A DNA stretch of 51,174 bases, filler included, from Bipalium vagum (lineage: Eukaryota), in the NCBI GenBank assembly GCA_037834085.1. It is 3 parts of 3 records of this genome, joined end to end, with 100 filler letters (N's around TTAATTAATTAA, not from the genome) between each part and the next. Parts side by side here need not be neighbours in the genome. Positions count along the whole stretch, not along the records: positions 1 to 16,577 come from JBBMKC010104481.1; 2 more parts are not named here. One strand, written 5' to 3'. The notes beneath the pieces were generated by a model. It searched no databases. It saw only the letters and a program-made list of their open reading frames with translations, and was not told the origin of the DNA. Below are positions 1 through 12,800 of this stretch, piece after piece; the first letter of the stretch is position 1, and each line of letters opens with the position of its first letter. The position numbers and the translations under genes were made by a program.

Positions 1-370
1 GAAACTTTTATTTAAAAAGTTGAATAAAAACACCCAATTTTTCCAATAGCAAATGAGGCTAAGTCAAACTATTGATTATTGCTGATTTTATATATTTTTT
101 ACTAAATGCTCCACAGAACTTCATCTTCGAATAAAAACCACTCTCAAGATTCCTCAGGTTTCCCAACATTTATTTTTACTTTCTTCTCCTTTTCTTCTTA
201 TAACCGTCGTTTCATCCAATTGATCCAATAGGTTAACATAATATTTTCAATTGATTGGTTTGCCTTTTCAATTGCAGTCGATCATCAAAATACCTCTTGG
301 TTCCCGTTTTTTAGATCATAATAATAATGTTTAGATAATAAAAATAATGATTATAAAATAACACGAATTT

Positions 371-1798
371 TTAATAAACTATTTTTCGTATAAACAATAA
401 AAGCGGTCCACAAAATATGCCGATAAACATGACAATAATAGTCAGATAAAGAAATGTTATAGAGCTCAAAAGAACCGGACCGAGCAAAGACCCTACAAAA
501 GCCGAGAGCCCATTAGATAGCCAAAGCAAGCCAGACATCATTTCGAGTTGATGATCATGTCTTTTATCAACGATACTCACAATTATGGGACAGATTATTA
601 CGTCACATATTACCATACACATCGAAATTAAAGTCAAAGCAACTCCGATTTGCCACCAGACAGTCACAAAGGGTAAAATAATCATTCCTATTGATTGAAG
701 ATAAATCGTGGACGTCAATATATAGAGCCGATAGTTTGTACAGCGGGCATTGAGAAAATTTCCCAAAAAGAATCCAGTCACATGCCCAACAAGGCTGATC
801 ATCCAAACTAAACCCTGATGGAATTGACTGGATTCGAATCTTTCATACATATAACGAGGAAGGATTGTTAACAGCGTAAATATGGGTAGTCTGATCACCA
901 AAAGTCCGATGAGAGAAACCATAAAATACGGATCCCTCAGGAATTTTATCAAAACCTTGCTTGTTTTTGTGGATGATTTCTTTGAGGGAGTTTTAAAATC
1001 TTTGGTATCATTTATGTTTGCGGTATCCAGCTCTGAAAGACCAGACTGGGAATTGGAATTCCTTTCATCTTTATTATTGTCACTTAATAGAGCAATACTT
1101 TTCATGTCGGACAGGTCATTGTTTACTTCTTCTGTCCGCGGATTAGGTCTTTTTAGTAAAATAATCAAAAATATCGTGAAAATGATAGAGAAAATGAAAA
1201 TGGGTAGCAAAGACAGGAACGTGAACAGCTTTCCTCGATATTGAAACATCAACCCTGCCAAAGCCGGGGCCAGGATGAGACCAAACATGAAGCTGATTAT
1301 ATTCAGTCCTGATAAAAATCCCCGTTGCTTATGGCTTTGGAACCGGAAAGATGTGAATGTAAACAGAGAGCAGTTAATTGTCGTTGATGATAACCCATCC
1401 ATTATCCGACCCATTACGAATATGTAGAACTGGTTACCCATACTGTATAACAATATCGTTACAATCTGACAGCCCATTCCAAATAATAAGACATTCAATG
1501 AACCGAAAAGAGCGCAAAAACGGGCCATAAACAAACTAACGGTTACGATACAGAGATTTTTCGATCCGAACAGAAGTGATAGTTGAAAGTAGCTAAAACT
1601 GGAGTTAAGCTTTGTGACGTTAATGCCATTTTGATAGGTCGAAAGATGGCCAGCGAGCCTGGACTCATTAAATTCCAATTCAATCAATGTCGGAAAGACG
1701 GTGATGACCATCGATGAGACATATCCCACAAAAAACAACTTCGATACGATGACGACGCCAAAGATCATCAAGTCGACCTTTTGAAAACTGAAAATCAT
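371..1798 (-). CDS. Divergent SLC18-family (VAChT/VMAT-like) MFS transporter, single ORF
   Basis: About 475 aa from the first in-frame ATG (1798), with ~12 hydrophobic segments and a long central loop. Motifs LFGSK, FGLILAPALAGLMFQYRGK..FL, LRDPYF and CMVICD resemble the SLC18 motifs LFASK, FG.L.APPFGG.LY.F.GK.PF, L.DPYI and GIALVD. An upstream exon cannot be excluded (TTCTTGTAG acceptor near 1824). Confidence 0.8.
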   Translation of the reverse strand: MIFSFQKVDLMIFGVVIVSKLFFVGYVSSMVITVFPTLIELEFNESRLAGHLSTYQNGINVTKLNSSFSYFQLSLLFGSKNLCIVTVSLFMARFCALFGSLNVLLFGMGCQIVTILLYSMGNQFYIFVMGRIMDGLSSTTINCSLFTFTSFRFQSHKQRGFLSGLNIISFMFGLILAPALAGLMFQYRGKLFTFLSLLPIFIFSIIFTIFLIILLKRPNPRTEEVNNDLSDMKSIALLSDNNKDERNSNSQSGLSELDTANINDTKDFKTPSKKSSTKTSKVLIKFLRDPYFMVSLIGLLVIRLPIFTLLTILPRYMYERFESSQFHQGLVWMISLVGHVTGFFLGNFLNARCTNYRLYILTSTIYLQSIGMIILPFVTVWWQIGVALTLISMCMVICDVIICPIIVSIVDKRHDHQLEMMSGLLWLSNGLSAFVGSLLGPVLLSSITFLYLTIIVMFIGIFCGPLLLFIRKIVY

Positions 1799-3340
1799 TT
1801 TGTGAAAGAAATCTGAAATATCTCTACAAGAACGTCTTCGTGTCGAAAAGAAAACCAATGTTTTTCAGTGTGCTCTCATTCACATTTCAAAGTATAATAA
1901 TAACTGATGTTTTTCTTTTGTGAATGTTTTGATGATCATTCCAGACAATCACAATGCAAAGGGCCACTGGTTCATTTAGCTGTACAAAGCATAATAGGTA
2001 AAACAATACATCGTCTTTCTATTATGCTTCATCGATTTTTATTCATTGACAAGACCAAAAAATATTTTTCATTATAGATGATGAAGAGATATTCTTTTAT
2101 TTATTGTTTCTGCTGCTTTTATTAAAGTACAATTAAGATCGACATTATGATGGTTTCAATGGATATGGCGATTGATATCCTGGAAGGTTCAGTCTAGTCA
2201 AATTGATTATTGAATATTGAAGAAGAATACAAGGGTGAATACGAATCAATCAATAAATATCATAACATTTTACTTTGTCATTTTCCATAAAATCAGGTAA
2301 AATTAAAATATCTAATTTCATGTAATGTACAGTATATTCTTTTAGATTCTTAAAATCTCTGTAATCTTCTAAAAATGTTTGATAATCTTCATCTGAAATT
2401 TGTGATGGTTTTAAAACTAAATTAAAATATTTTTTAGTCGAATATCTTCTTTTAATAATAATATTATTAATAATATTATTAATATATAATATAATATAAT
2501 GTTTTCTGCTTGAATATAATCATAAGGATAAACTACTTTCTTTGGTTTAAGATTATATTCATTTAACATTACACATTTATATATATCTTTCAATATTTGC
2601 TAATTTTTTCAATTGACATTGAAGGATCCATCATTCTTCATGAATCTAAATATATATTATTCTTAAAACTAAAACTAATATCAATGTCATCCGTATTTGT
2701 AATTATAATTTTTATTTGATAACGAAATTTCTTTGTAATATATCTTTAAAGAATAACTGGAAATCATATTTATTTACATTACCAAAATAAAATGGAATGA
2801 TAAAATGTTTAATACTTTTATCACTTATATTACAATTATCATGTGCTGCTCCTCTATATCTTCCATTTAAATGATCATGATCTAGAACTTTATCTTCTTC
2901 TAGACCTTCTTGATAATATATACATTTTATAGAATTTGAATATTTATTTATTCATCTTCTGATGTAATTATTCTGCTTATTATAATTACTTGTATTTCTT
3001 ACTATGCTTGATAAATCAAATACTTATTTCATTTATTGCATTAATAAAATCATGTGAAATGCGTCCAGAAGGTTCAAAATATCTTGATTCAAATAATTCA
3101 GGACAATTCGATTTAACACAAATTCTTAAAGAAAGTTGTTTTTACAATTTTGTTTCATTTCAGATATTTTCATTTAAATGTGTATTACAGCATTCAAAAT
3201 TACTGTATATTACAAATAATAGTTTTATTCCAAACATCAGGTAACGAACTAAGTTTTTTTGTTTTTTAATTAAAAACTAAACCAAGACTGAAGTTAAATT
3301 TAATTTATTAATCATAAAACATTATTAAGCAGTTAATCAT

Positions 3341-4360
3341 TCAGATATCCTCATCTTTTTCTATTACTGCCTCCCATCTATTTAGAAGTTTGTTGATCCC
3401 AGTAATAAAGAAATCTCTATCTTATGAATTAAAGAAAGAAAGTACTTCATTCTTTATACCTTCGGAACTCTCAAACTTTTTACCCATCAAGTGATTCTGT
3501 AATATCCGAAACACATAAAAATCGGATGGGAGATATCGGGACTATATGGCGGATTTTCCATTAGAGTCCAGTTCAATTCCTGAGTAACCTTCAATGTCTT
3601 CATTGATTTGTGAGACTTAGCATTATCTTGCTGGAAAATCACTTGTTTTTGGTTTATCAAACTGATCTGGTTTTCCTTCATAATGGCATGAACTCTTCTA
3701 AGCATGTCACAATAGACATCAGAATTAATGGTTTCCCCGGATTTGAGAAACTCCTGATAAATAATTCCAAGAGAATCCCACCAAATGCATTAAAGAACCT
3801 TATTTCGTGTAAGGTTGCGTTTTTCAATGTTTTGCGGAGGCTCTATTTTCAACGACCACGATCTTCGTCTGGTTATGCTGTCATGATAGATTCACTTTTC
3901 ATCGCAAGAGACTATCCGGTCGAGAAAAGGATCATTTCGGTTTCTTTCGAGAAGTCTTGAACAAATTTCAATGCGATCTAACTTGTTTTTTTTCAAATAA
4001 CTGATGGGGAACCCATTTGTCGAGTTTACAAGTGAATCCTAACGCTATCAATCGGTTTCTTATGGCTGTATCGCTTATATTTAACTCAGAAGCGATTTGT
4101 TTAGCACTAATTGATCTGTTTTGTTCAAGAAGGTCCATAATTTGATAATCTTCTAACTCTTTAGCCCTTCCAGACCTCTCTTTGCCTTCAAATGAAAAAT
4201 CGTCACTATTGTATTTTTTGAACCAATTTTTCACTGTTCACGGTTGCATTGTTTCTTCCCCAAGTACCTCGTTAAGTTTTGAGACAGTTTCATTTGTGCT
4301 TGTGTTATTTTTCCATTTTAAATAAATAATTGCTTGAATTTGTGATTTGTTCAGCGAACT
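3341..4360 (-). mobile_element. Mariner (DD34D) transposase, disrupted
   Basis: Motifs VKNWFKKY, ERSGR, KWVPHQL, LDRIVSCDEK*IYHD, QQDNAKSH, PPYSPDI and LLNRWEAVIE, broken by stops and frameshifts. Confidence 0.92.
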
Positions 4361-5559
4361 TTTGGAGTACCTATTCCAGAGGATAATGGATAATAACATT
4401 AATTATACATTAAATTTGAAACTTACATGCTATTTCTTTTTCTCACATTACATTTTCTTTCTTCTATAGTTGAATAAGTTATAAAATGTTCAATATGGAT
4501 GGGTGATATTATTTCACTTTCATTTGTACTCTTTGGATAATTCAAATACATTTAAACTAATATTATTTTGATTATTACATTTTTTATATCTTCCATTTTC
4601 ATGGGAAAATTTATAATTTAAATTTGATTCATTCATATATGGTTTTCTAATATGTCACTATGAGCTTCTGTGTCATGTAGATAAGCAATAATAGAATAAA
4701 CATAACATTTTAAATCTTTTTTTTATGTTAACTATATATCATGATGAATTAAGTGGTACTTAAAAATATGAATAACCAGCTTAACTTTGATATCTAAATA
4801 ATTCTAGTCTAATCGATTTGATATTTTGAAAAATCCATCGTATTCCTGTATTTTCTTTTTTGTCTATATACTTATTTAATTGATCTAAATTTGATAAAAT
4901 TTTATTTCTTAGCTTTTCTTTCATATTTATTTTTTCTGGTTTAGAATAATATAAATATGTTAGTTCTTATTTTTCTCCAGAAATATCTCTTTCATAATTA
5001 CATTGTATTAATATCTGATATTTAAATTTATTATTTCATTGAAAATGTATTTTTCTAATATTTTCATGAATTCATTTTGAAAATTATGAATATTTATCTT
5101 TTTAGTTAATTCAATTTTACTGTCTTTAAACTTTCCAATATTATAATAATATTTTTAATAATAATTTAATAATAAAAATTTTTATAATTTTATAATAATA
5201 TTAAAATTAAGATCATCAATTTTATATTTTTGTAGTTTAATAAACAAATATGTATTGTAATGTTCATTATTTTTTAATTGTTCATTATGATTTCTTTATT
5301 TTAAATGACTTATTAATTCACCATTGGTTTGAAAATGTCATTCACAGATTTCACAATTAAATTTCATTTTTGTCTCTATTTTTTGGTTATATTTTATATT
5401 TATTTTTCAATATTTATGGACGTGGTTTATGATAGTTAATTAGTATATAGGTCAATGAAGATAAATTTATTAATGGATATAAATGTTATCGTCATCTAAT
5501 TCTCCGTAACATCCTTCGTCCTTGTCAATTTAAATGAATGATTCAAAGGCCACGGCTGG

Positions 5560-6956
5560 CATAGATATATTCATAAGAGTTTCATTTTCATCTATAATAT
5601 TATGTGTCCATCGGTCTGAATGATAAAGCCACATTTTCGAAAGCAATTTAGAATTGTTTATTGTTTAACAAGATTCTACGGTTTTTTAATCCAAAATATT
5701 GCATCAAAAATGGTAATCATTTTTAAAATGTCATCTGGCGCAATTTTCATCTCAATTAAAATTACTTGGTTTCGGACTACTCTTTGAAGGTAATACGCTT
5801 TGAATGCTCTTATTATTGTGGTTGTTACAGACATGGAAAATTAGCTGGAATAGAAATTATTTCTAGGTTTTCAGTAAACATATAATCAACAAATTTATGG
5901 CATGTTGCGTTTTCGACTAACATGACAACTTTTCTATTTTCTTTTTTCATTTTCCTATTTAAATCTTTTAGTATAGCTGACCATATTACTCTTGTCATCC
6001 AAGCTTTTGTGTTTGAGTAATATGGTATGAGAACTATTTTATTTGTTAAAAAACAAAAATTTTTAGAACGACCGATAGCAAACGAATACTTTTCAGTTCG
6101 TTCCAAGTTTGTGACCAATAAAATTGTTTTGCGCGATTTTTGCCCTTTGTATCCAGATATATTCTTAACGTTATTTGTAAAAGTTCCATTTGGTAAAATT
6201 TTATAAAATAAATTTGTTTCGACATCATTGTAAATATCCTTGCTTTCGTACTTTTTTATTATTTTTTTCAGCAGCTAATGTATCCCCCATGAAGACGATT
6301 AAAAATAATATTGTTTCTCTTCTTCCATCTGTCTAGTCACCTAGAGATAGCATTAAATTCAATATTCATTTTCACAGAAAAATCATTAGTCTTTTCCATT
6401 ATAATAGGACCGCTCAAAATAGCATTTTGGCTTTTCATATTCTCAAACCAAATATACATTGATTGATCTAAATCGTCATATTTACATTTGTTCAATTTTC
6501 TTGACAAAGTATTTCTGTTACTTACCGTAGTGGGTCGTAACTTTTGCTCTTCCTTTAGCATTCTTAACAATGTGCATACATCACACTTATATTGTTTAGC
6601 AATTTCCTTTTTTTTGGAACCGTTTTTCAATTTATCTAAAATTTCGGTTTTCTGTTGAACTGAAAATTTTTGTCTCATCTATTTTACCATTGTACTAAAA
6701 ACATTATAATCTATTGAAAAATTATACAAACTTTGAAAATTTAAAATTATGTATATACAGATGTGCATTTAAACGAAGTGAAATATATATATTATATTAC
6801 AATACATTTATAAAATAGTGTTTTCAAACGATGTGCAATTAAACGACTTGAAAATGCTTGTCAAAATAGGCAAATCATACATGTCAGTAAATTTTGTGTT
6901 TATAAACCTTGTGTTTAAAAGCTTATAGAGAGAGTGCTTTTAAACGAACTGAACTG
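5560..6956 (-). mobile_element. Tigger/pogo (CENP-B-type) DNA transposon, decayed
   Basis: The 6337-6678 ORF has psq-HTH and CENPB-HTH features (QKTEILDKL..IAKQY; LDQSMYIWF..LSGPIIMEK). The DDE_1 part is YYSNTKAWMT..RKVVMLVENATCH. The terminus reads TA|CAGTTCAGTTCGTTTAAAAGCAC on the minus strand (end at 6956), with subterminal GTGC(A/T)(A/T)TTAAACGA repeats at 6763, 6833 and 6934. The left boundary is approximate. Confidence 0.88.
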
Positions 6957-7050
6957 TATATAAAAAATGATTATATACAAATAGGAGTATATACAAATAG
7001 AGGTATATATAAAAATTGGTTTATATACAAATATGGGTATATAAAAATAA
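6957..7050. repeat. Degenerate minisatellite with a TATATACAAATA core
   Basis: About 6 imperfect copies directly beside the Tigger terminus. Confidence 0.6.
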
Positions 7051-7523
7051 TAAATGATCCAATCTTGTAGTTTAGTGAAAATGGATGGTGGAGATCGCGC
7101 TTAACCATTTATAGTTGGGTGCGGTTTCCACTAGCAATTTTCACTCTAATAGTAAGATATTGGTGATTAGATTTTATTCCAATATTGATATCTTAACTTA
7201 GTTTACCCTTAATATAAGAACAACAAAATATAGAAAAATTACCAAAAAGAAATAAAATAGTGTTTGTCAAGTTGAATATAAAATAAATTTAAGTGAATAT
7301 ATTTCCATGTAACTTGATTTTAATAACATTTGTATTTATATTTTTTATATGCAAATAATTTTTTTGTTAAAATTACATATTTTTTCAATTTTTACGATTT
7401 TTATATATTTATTTCATATCTTTAATACCTTACCATAAAATATTAAATATTATGCAATTTGAAATTTCGGTAAATTTTTGAAATTTTAGTTTTACAATTT
7501 AACACCACTAATTTTATAATCTT

Positions 7524-7575
7524 AATTCAAGAATCAATTCAGAAATCAATTCAAGGATCAATTCAGGAATCAATT
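7524..7575 (+). repeat. 12-bp tandem repeat (AATTCARRRATC) x4
   Basis: aattcaagaatc aattcagaaatc aattcaaggatc aattcaggaatc. Confidence 0.85.
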
Positions 7576-7610
7576 TCGAGACAAAGGCAATTATATCAGG
7601 TTTTCCTTCT

Positions 7611-8103
7611 AGTGGATATGACGACGCAGAAGGATTTAACAAGGGGGCCCAACGAGTTTGAGAACCCCTATGTGACCTGAGAAGGACCTAGAGAGCGACC
7701 GGGGACCCTTTGTCGCTCTTGGTGAGACCGTTTTGATTTTAATCTTGACTCTTTCTTCTGTGATCATCTTTTTCTTCTCTTTTATTATAATAATAACAGT
7801 ATTTATTTTTATTATATTTTATTTATTTATCATTACTCTTGGTGACATTGTTATTCATTGGACTCATTGATTATAGGGTGATTTAAAGAAGTGTGTTATC
7901 GTTGTGGTCATTATTTTACAGTGGTATTGAGTTTTGTTCAAATAAAATTTTATTGTAGAAGTTTGATTCAGTTCTTGAGGGTGCGAATACGGTATTGTGG
8001 TGAGTGTTTTGATTCAAAAAGGTTGAAAGGAGTTACGAACACAACGATTTAAAAATTGAGGAGTCACGAGCACAAGAGCACACGTTGCTACGCCTAAGTA
8101 TAA
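7611..8103 (+). repeat. Interspersed repeat copy A (5'-truncated); probable terminal repeat or solo LTR-like element
   Basis: Collinear similarity to 19201-19651, from AGTGGATATGAC to the shared end CACACGTT(G/A)CTACG(C/G)CTAAGTATAA. Confidence 0.8.
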
Positions 8104-9850
8104 AAATAACAAAACCAAAAATAATTAAGTCCAAAAATTATGATAAAGTTATTCAAAAACATTTTAATTCGATTTGATATCATTTACCTTATAATATTTT
8201 TCAAATTCTGCTATTGAAGCAAATGATTTAAAATCCATGATAACTTGTTTCTAAACGGAGAAATTTGTATCACCAAAACCTCCTCCATAATAAAGTTCAA
8301 ATGTTATCTTGACAAATGAATCATATACAAGCAGTGGAATCTATTCAACATTTTTTGTGATAAAACCAAAAATATTTGATCATCTTTATCAATCTATAGA
8401 ACGATGATTAAAATTGATTATAATTCGAGACATTTTCAACTCCAATCCGAAGAAAGCCCAGTATACTTATATCTGTAAATATTTAAGACAAAAACAATTT
8501 TATATTATATATGGGCCGCGAAATTATCCCCCCTCGCCTTGAAAACGTCTAATAAAAGCATTCATTTGATAATGATACTAAATTTTTATTGCAACAGATA
8601 TCATCATAACTTATATACAGGTAATATATGGATTTTATATGGATTTCTATAAAGTATATATTGGGTAATATTCTTTACCATGAGCTTAGCTGCTTTGAAC
8701 CAGGAAGAATTGTTTGTATGTTTGAAGGTAGTTTCTCCTACTTGAGGTTGTGCTCAGACTGTGTATTGACTACGAAACCGTAACATATTGGTGGAATATG
8801 GGGCAAGACACTGAGAATCTTTAAAACACCGACTGAAAGAGCAGTAGAACATAATTCCTTTTGAAACAGTAAGTCTTTGTTCTACAGTGTGCCACACCAA
8901 ATTCCGAAGTGTACTTAAAACAATTGTGGTCACACATCCTACTGATAGAAGTTTTATCAATACATTGGTTCTTGTACAGTCATTTAAAATAATAATATAA
9001 GATCAAGGTAATAATAATATATTTCATTAAACCAGATTACTTAAACAAGCTTTTCAAACATGGACCTCACCTTCTTTTAAAATTAGATTATTTACTTTAT
9101 AAATATTTACCAGCATTTATTTAAAATATTTATTTAAATTTTTAGAAAACTGTAACTTAATAAATTTTAAAAACTTTAAGTTAAAAACATTTAATAATTG
9201 CTAATTTAAGTGTAAGGTCCTTATTTAAAAAATTCAAGCAACTTATTATTCGAACCACTCCTTATAACATTTTTTGTTGACATTGGTAAGTTTGTTTTTA
9301 AAAATTTGATTTTGATTTTAGTAATTTATTATCTTGATCTAATTAAATTTACAAATGTATATTTATATTCGCAATCATAATTTTTAAATATTTAGTATTT
9401 AATAAATGCAATTTTAGAGTTATAGTTAATGCAATTACAATTAGATTTGATTCTTTTCTTGGTTAAATTCTATGTTCAATATTCTTCTATGATGTAATAC
9501 AGAGTGAAATATTACATATAAAACACATTTCAAAATACGACTTGAAATAGTCAAAGATAAAATTTCAAATTTTATTATAATAATATTAATGAATTATCAA
9601 AATATTTTAAAGCAATAATTCGTCAGATTAAATTTTATTCATATAAACTTCTCAAATTGAAAATTAGAAAAATAAAGGTTTGTTTAAATGCAGTATTTTA
9701 AATTTACTCCTTTATCATTTTGAACTTGAGAGGTTTTGATGTGTTAAATAATTGATAATTATTAAATAAAATATATAAATATTCAACATTCCCATATAAT
9801 TTTTAATTCTTATTTTTAAAGGTATAAATGTGTTGATGAGATAATAATTT

Positions 9851-12800
9851 ATGGGAAACATTCACAAATACAAAGTCAAAAATTCATCATCAATGTCATC
9901 GAAAAAAAGCCATTCATTTTTCAGCGGTCTCGGCTGCAATGTTTTAGTTAGTGAACAATGATTTTTTGAGATTATTTGATGATAATGAATAGAGAATCAA
10001 AAAAAAGAAATTGGACGATCCTTTCAAATCGAAATCGTTAAATTTCGAAGATAATGACGACGTAAAATTTTTGCAAACCTTTACCATTCCTAGACACGAT
10101 TCATTGGTTCATTCGGATAAGAAATTGAACAATATGGAAAATGTCAAAAAAGATGATGAGAATGATAAAACCGTTCAGCTAAGGACTGCTGATAAAGGCA
10201 ATACAAGTAATAATGATAATAAAGCGATAATAGGAAACAATGTTAACAGTGGAAAAAATCCGCCTAAAAATGATCTTAGCATAAAAAATTGTCAAAAATC
10301 AATTTCATTCGATAATTTTGATAAATCAAAATCGAATTGTTTCCCCAATGTAGAAAATAACCCTAAAGGTAATTGATTTTTTTGTTAATATCGTTTTTTA
10401 ATATTATTATCGACTTGTGTTTATCGATTTTTATTTTAATCTATATTTTATTAATAGCAATATATAAGTTAGTCAAGAATAACAAAACTAGTTAAAAACG
10501 TTTTTTGTAAATAAGAGAAATATTATTATTGATTTTTAATTATTGTTTTATAATATTATTAATCTTATTTTAAAAACAGTTTTACAAATTATTTTTAAAA
10601 TAATTCATTGAAAATTTAAATTGAAGTGAATTAAAGTTATGATCGTTTAATAAATATTTGAAGATAAATTGATTAATATGAAAATGTATTTCAATTTTAA
10701 ATAGTAAAATAAATTATTGTTTAATAAATAAAACTTCAAATTTTGCTCATTTAAATTTTGAAAAAATCCATTTATATTTAAAATTGATTGGTTGAAAAAC
10801 CATTTATTTTAAAATATTGTATTTTTAAAATTGATTTAGAAAGCATTTATCGTTTTATTCATAAATTGCTAATATTCTAATTAACTTGAGTCAAGAAATA
10901 ATCCCAAAATTTTAAATTTCTCTTTAAAAGTAATTATTATAAATTTAATTTTTCTCGAATAAAAATTGACAATAATAAAGAAAAATTATATTTTGTATTC
11001 TTAAAATTAAAGAAAATCAATATTTTAATTTAACATTTATTAATTAATATTTTATAACGTGAAATTATTTTTAAAAAATTTTAAAGTCACAATAAAAAAT
11101 TTTACATTAATTTAAACAAATTAAGTCACCAAAATAATTATTTATTATTTTATTTATTATTAAGTAATATATTGCTCACATCGATTTATTATTGAATTGC
11201 AAATTTTCAATTTTATTTGATATAAACAAAAATTGAATAATTTTATATTTCTGATTAAAAAAATTTTAGTATGGATTTAATTTTTTTGGAAAAAAATGGA
11301 TTAAAAGTTATGATAAGAGCAGTAAAAAAATATTTCTATAAAAAATAAAAAATATTTGTACTAATAATATTTTAATGATTATCAAATTAAAAAAGTAAAT
11401 TTTTTATTGCTATTAATATATAAATTGGAATATATTGAACACTAACTTACTTACTAAATTACTTTACAAGTTGTAAGTTCTTAAATAAGGCACAATTAAA
11501 ACCATTGATTTCATATCACTCTTTACTAAATATTAATAAATATTTTATCATATCTTTAATATAAAATTGAAAAATCAATAAAAATTTATTTATGAAATTG
11601 CAAATGGTCTTTTGAATTAAAATCACTTTTCCCTTAAAATTGCTTTTTAATATTTTAAAAATTCACACCATTTATTGACGTTAATTAAATCATCTGAAAA
11701 AGAGAATGTTTTTTGATCAAGGAAATTGATAAAGTAATTATTTTTTTTTTAATTTATTGCAGTGAAGAATTTTTTCTGAAATATTTACAATTTTATTGAT
11801 TTCTTTCAAGTCGTAACATTTTTCATAAAATAAAGCACGATTAAGAATCTATTGTTTAAAAATCAACACTTTTTTAGACCTGTGTCAATTTTGGATGAAA
11901 AATAAATATTTTTAAATTTTTGTAGATTAATAAAAACTGCAAAAAAATTTTGTTTAAATGAATAACAGGCGAAGAATATTTTAATTTTAGGCGTGAATCT
12001 AGATTCCAAATTTCTGAAGAAGTTTGAGGAAACTAGGTGTGTTGTTAATATAACTTATGGACGTAACATGTACATTATATATAATATAATATACTTCTTT
12101 GATGAATTAACGGAAAACCCCCATTAAATGTGCAATTGCTGAAATGGATATTAAGACCTCCATTTGAATTTAGGCTGATAACAAATCAACTTATTTCATT
12201 ACTAAGTCATTTCACCCAGAAAAGATCTGTCTGGATAGGCTTCAATTCAATATTCTGTATGAAACTGTAAATAATAAAAACTACCTTACCATGTTGCACA
12301 ATGTTGTTAGTTCTGAACTTGCAGGATGGAGCACTCCATCATTATACTATTTATATCAGAAAATTTTTGAATACTTTAGGTCCACAAAAGGTCACAAGCA
12401 AGAGATGTGCCGTACCTCACACCAGTTGAATATTGGTTTTGTGGTACCTTTAACGCAAGGGTTTTCCATTACCAAAAACAGATCAATCTACTTGAAATAC
12501 AAAAAATGAAGAATATAACCGATTTACTGCAGAAAAAGATATGCAAACCGCCATATTGTCTTAACTCGCGAAGAATTGAATTAATATTGTCTCTTAAAGG
12601 AAATTTTCAGAACATAATTTAGAGAACAACCACTGCTCCATTTTCTGTATGTGTTGCTAATCATTAATAATATAATTTATTTGTCCATATTATTTCTCAT
12701 TTACTTTTTTCTTCTATCTTCATACAACCGGTATTCTTTACTCTTTTATTGATCATTAAAATTTGAAACATTATTTAATTTTAATATAAATAAATTCAGT

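Noticed and set aside
7672-7732. Hammerhead ribozyme in the repeat (CTGAGAA-stem-GAGAC; also 19262-19320)
   Set aside because: The core departs from CUGANGA/GAAA in both copies and no convincing stems I and III were found.
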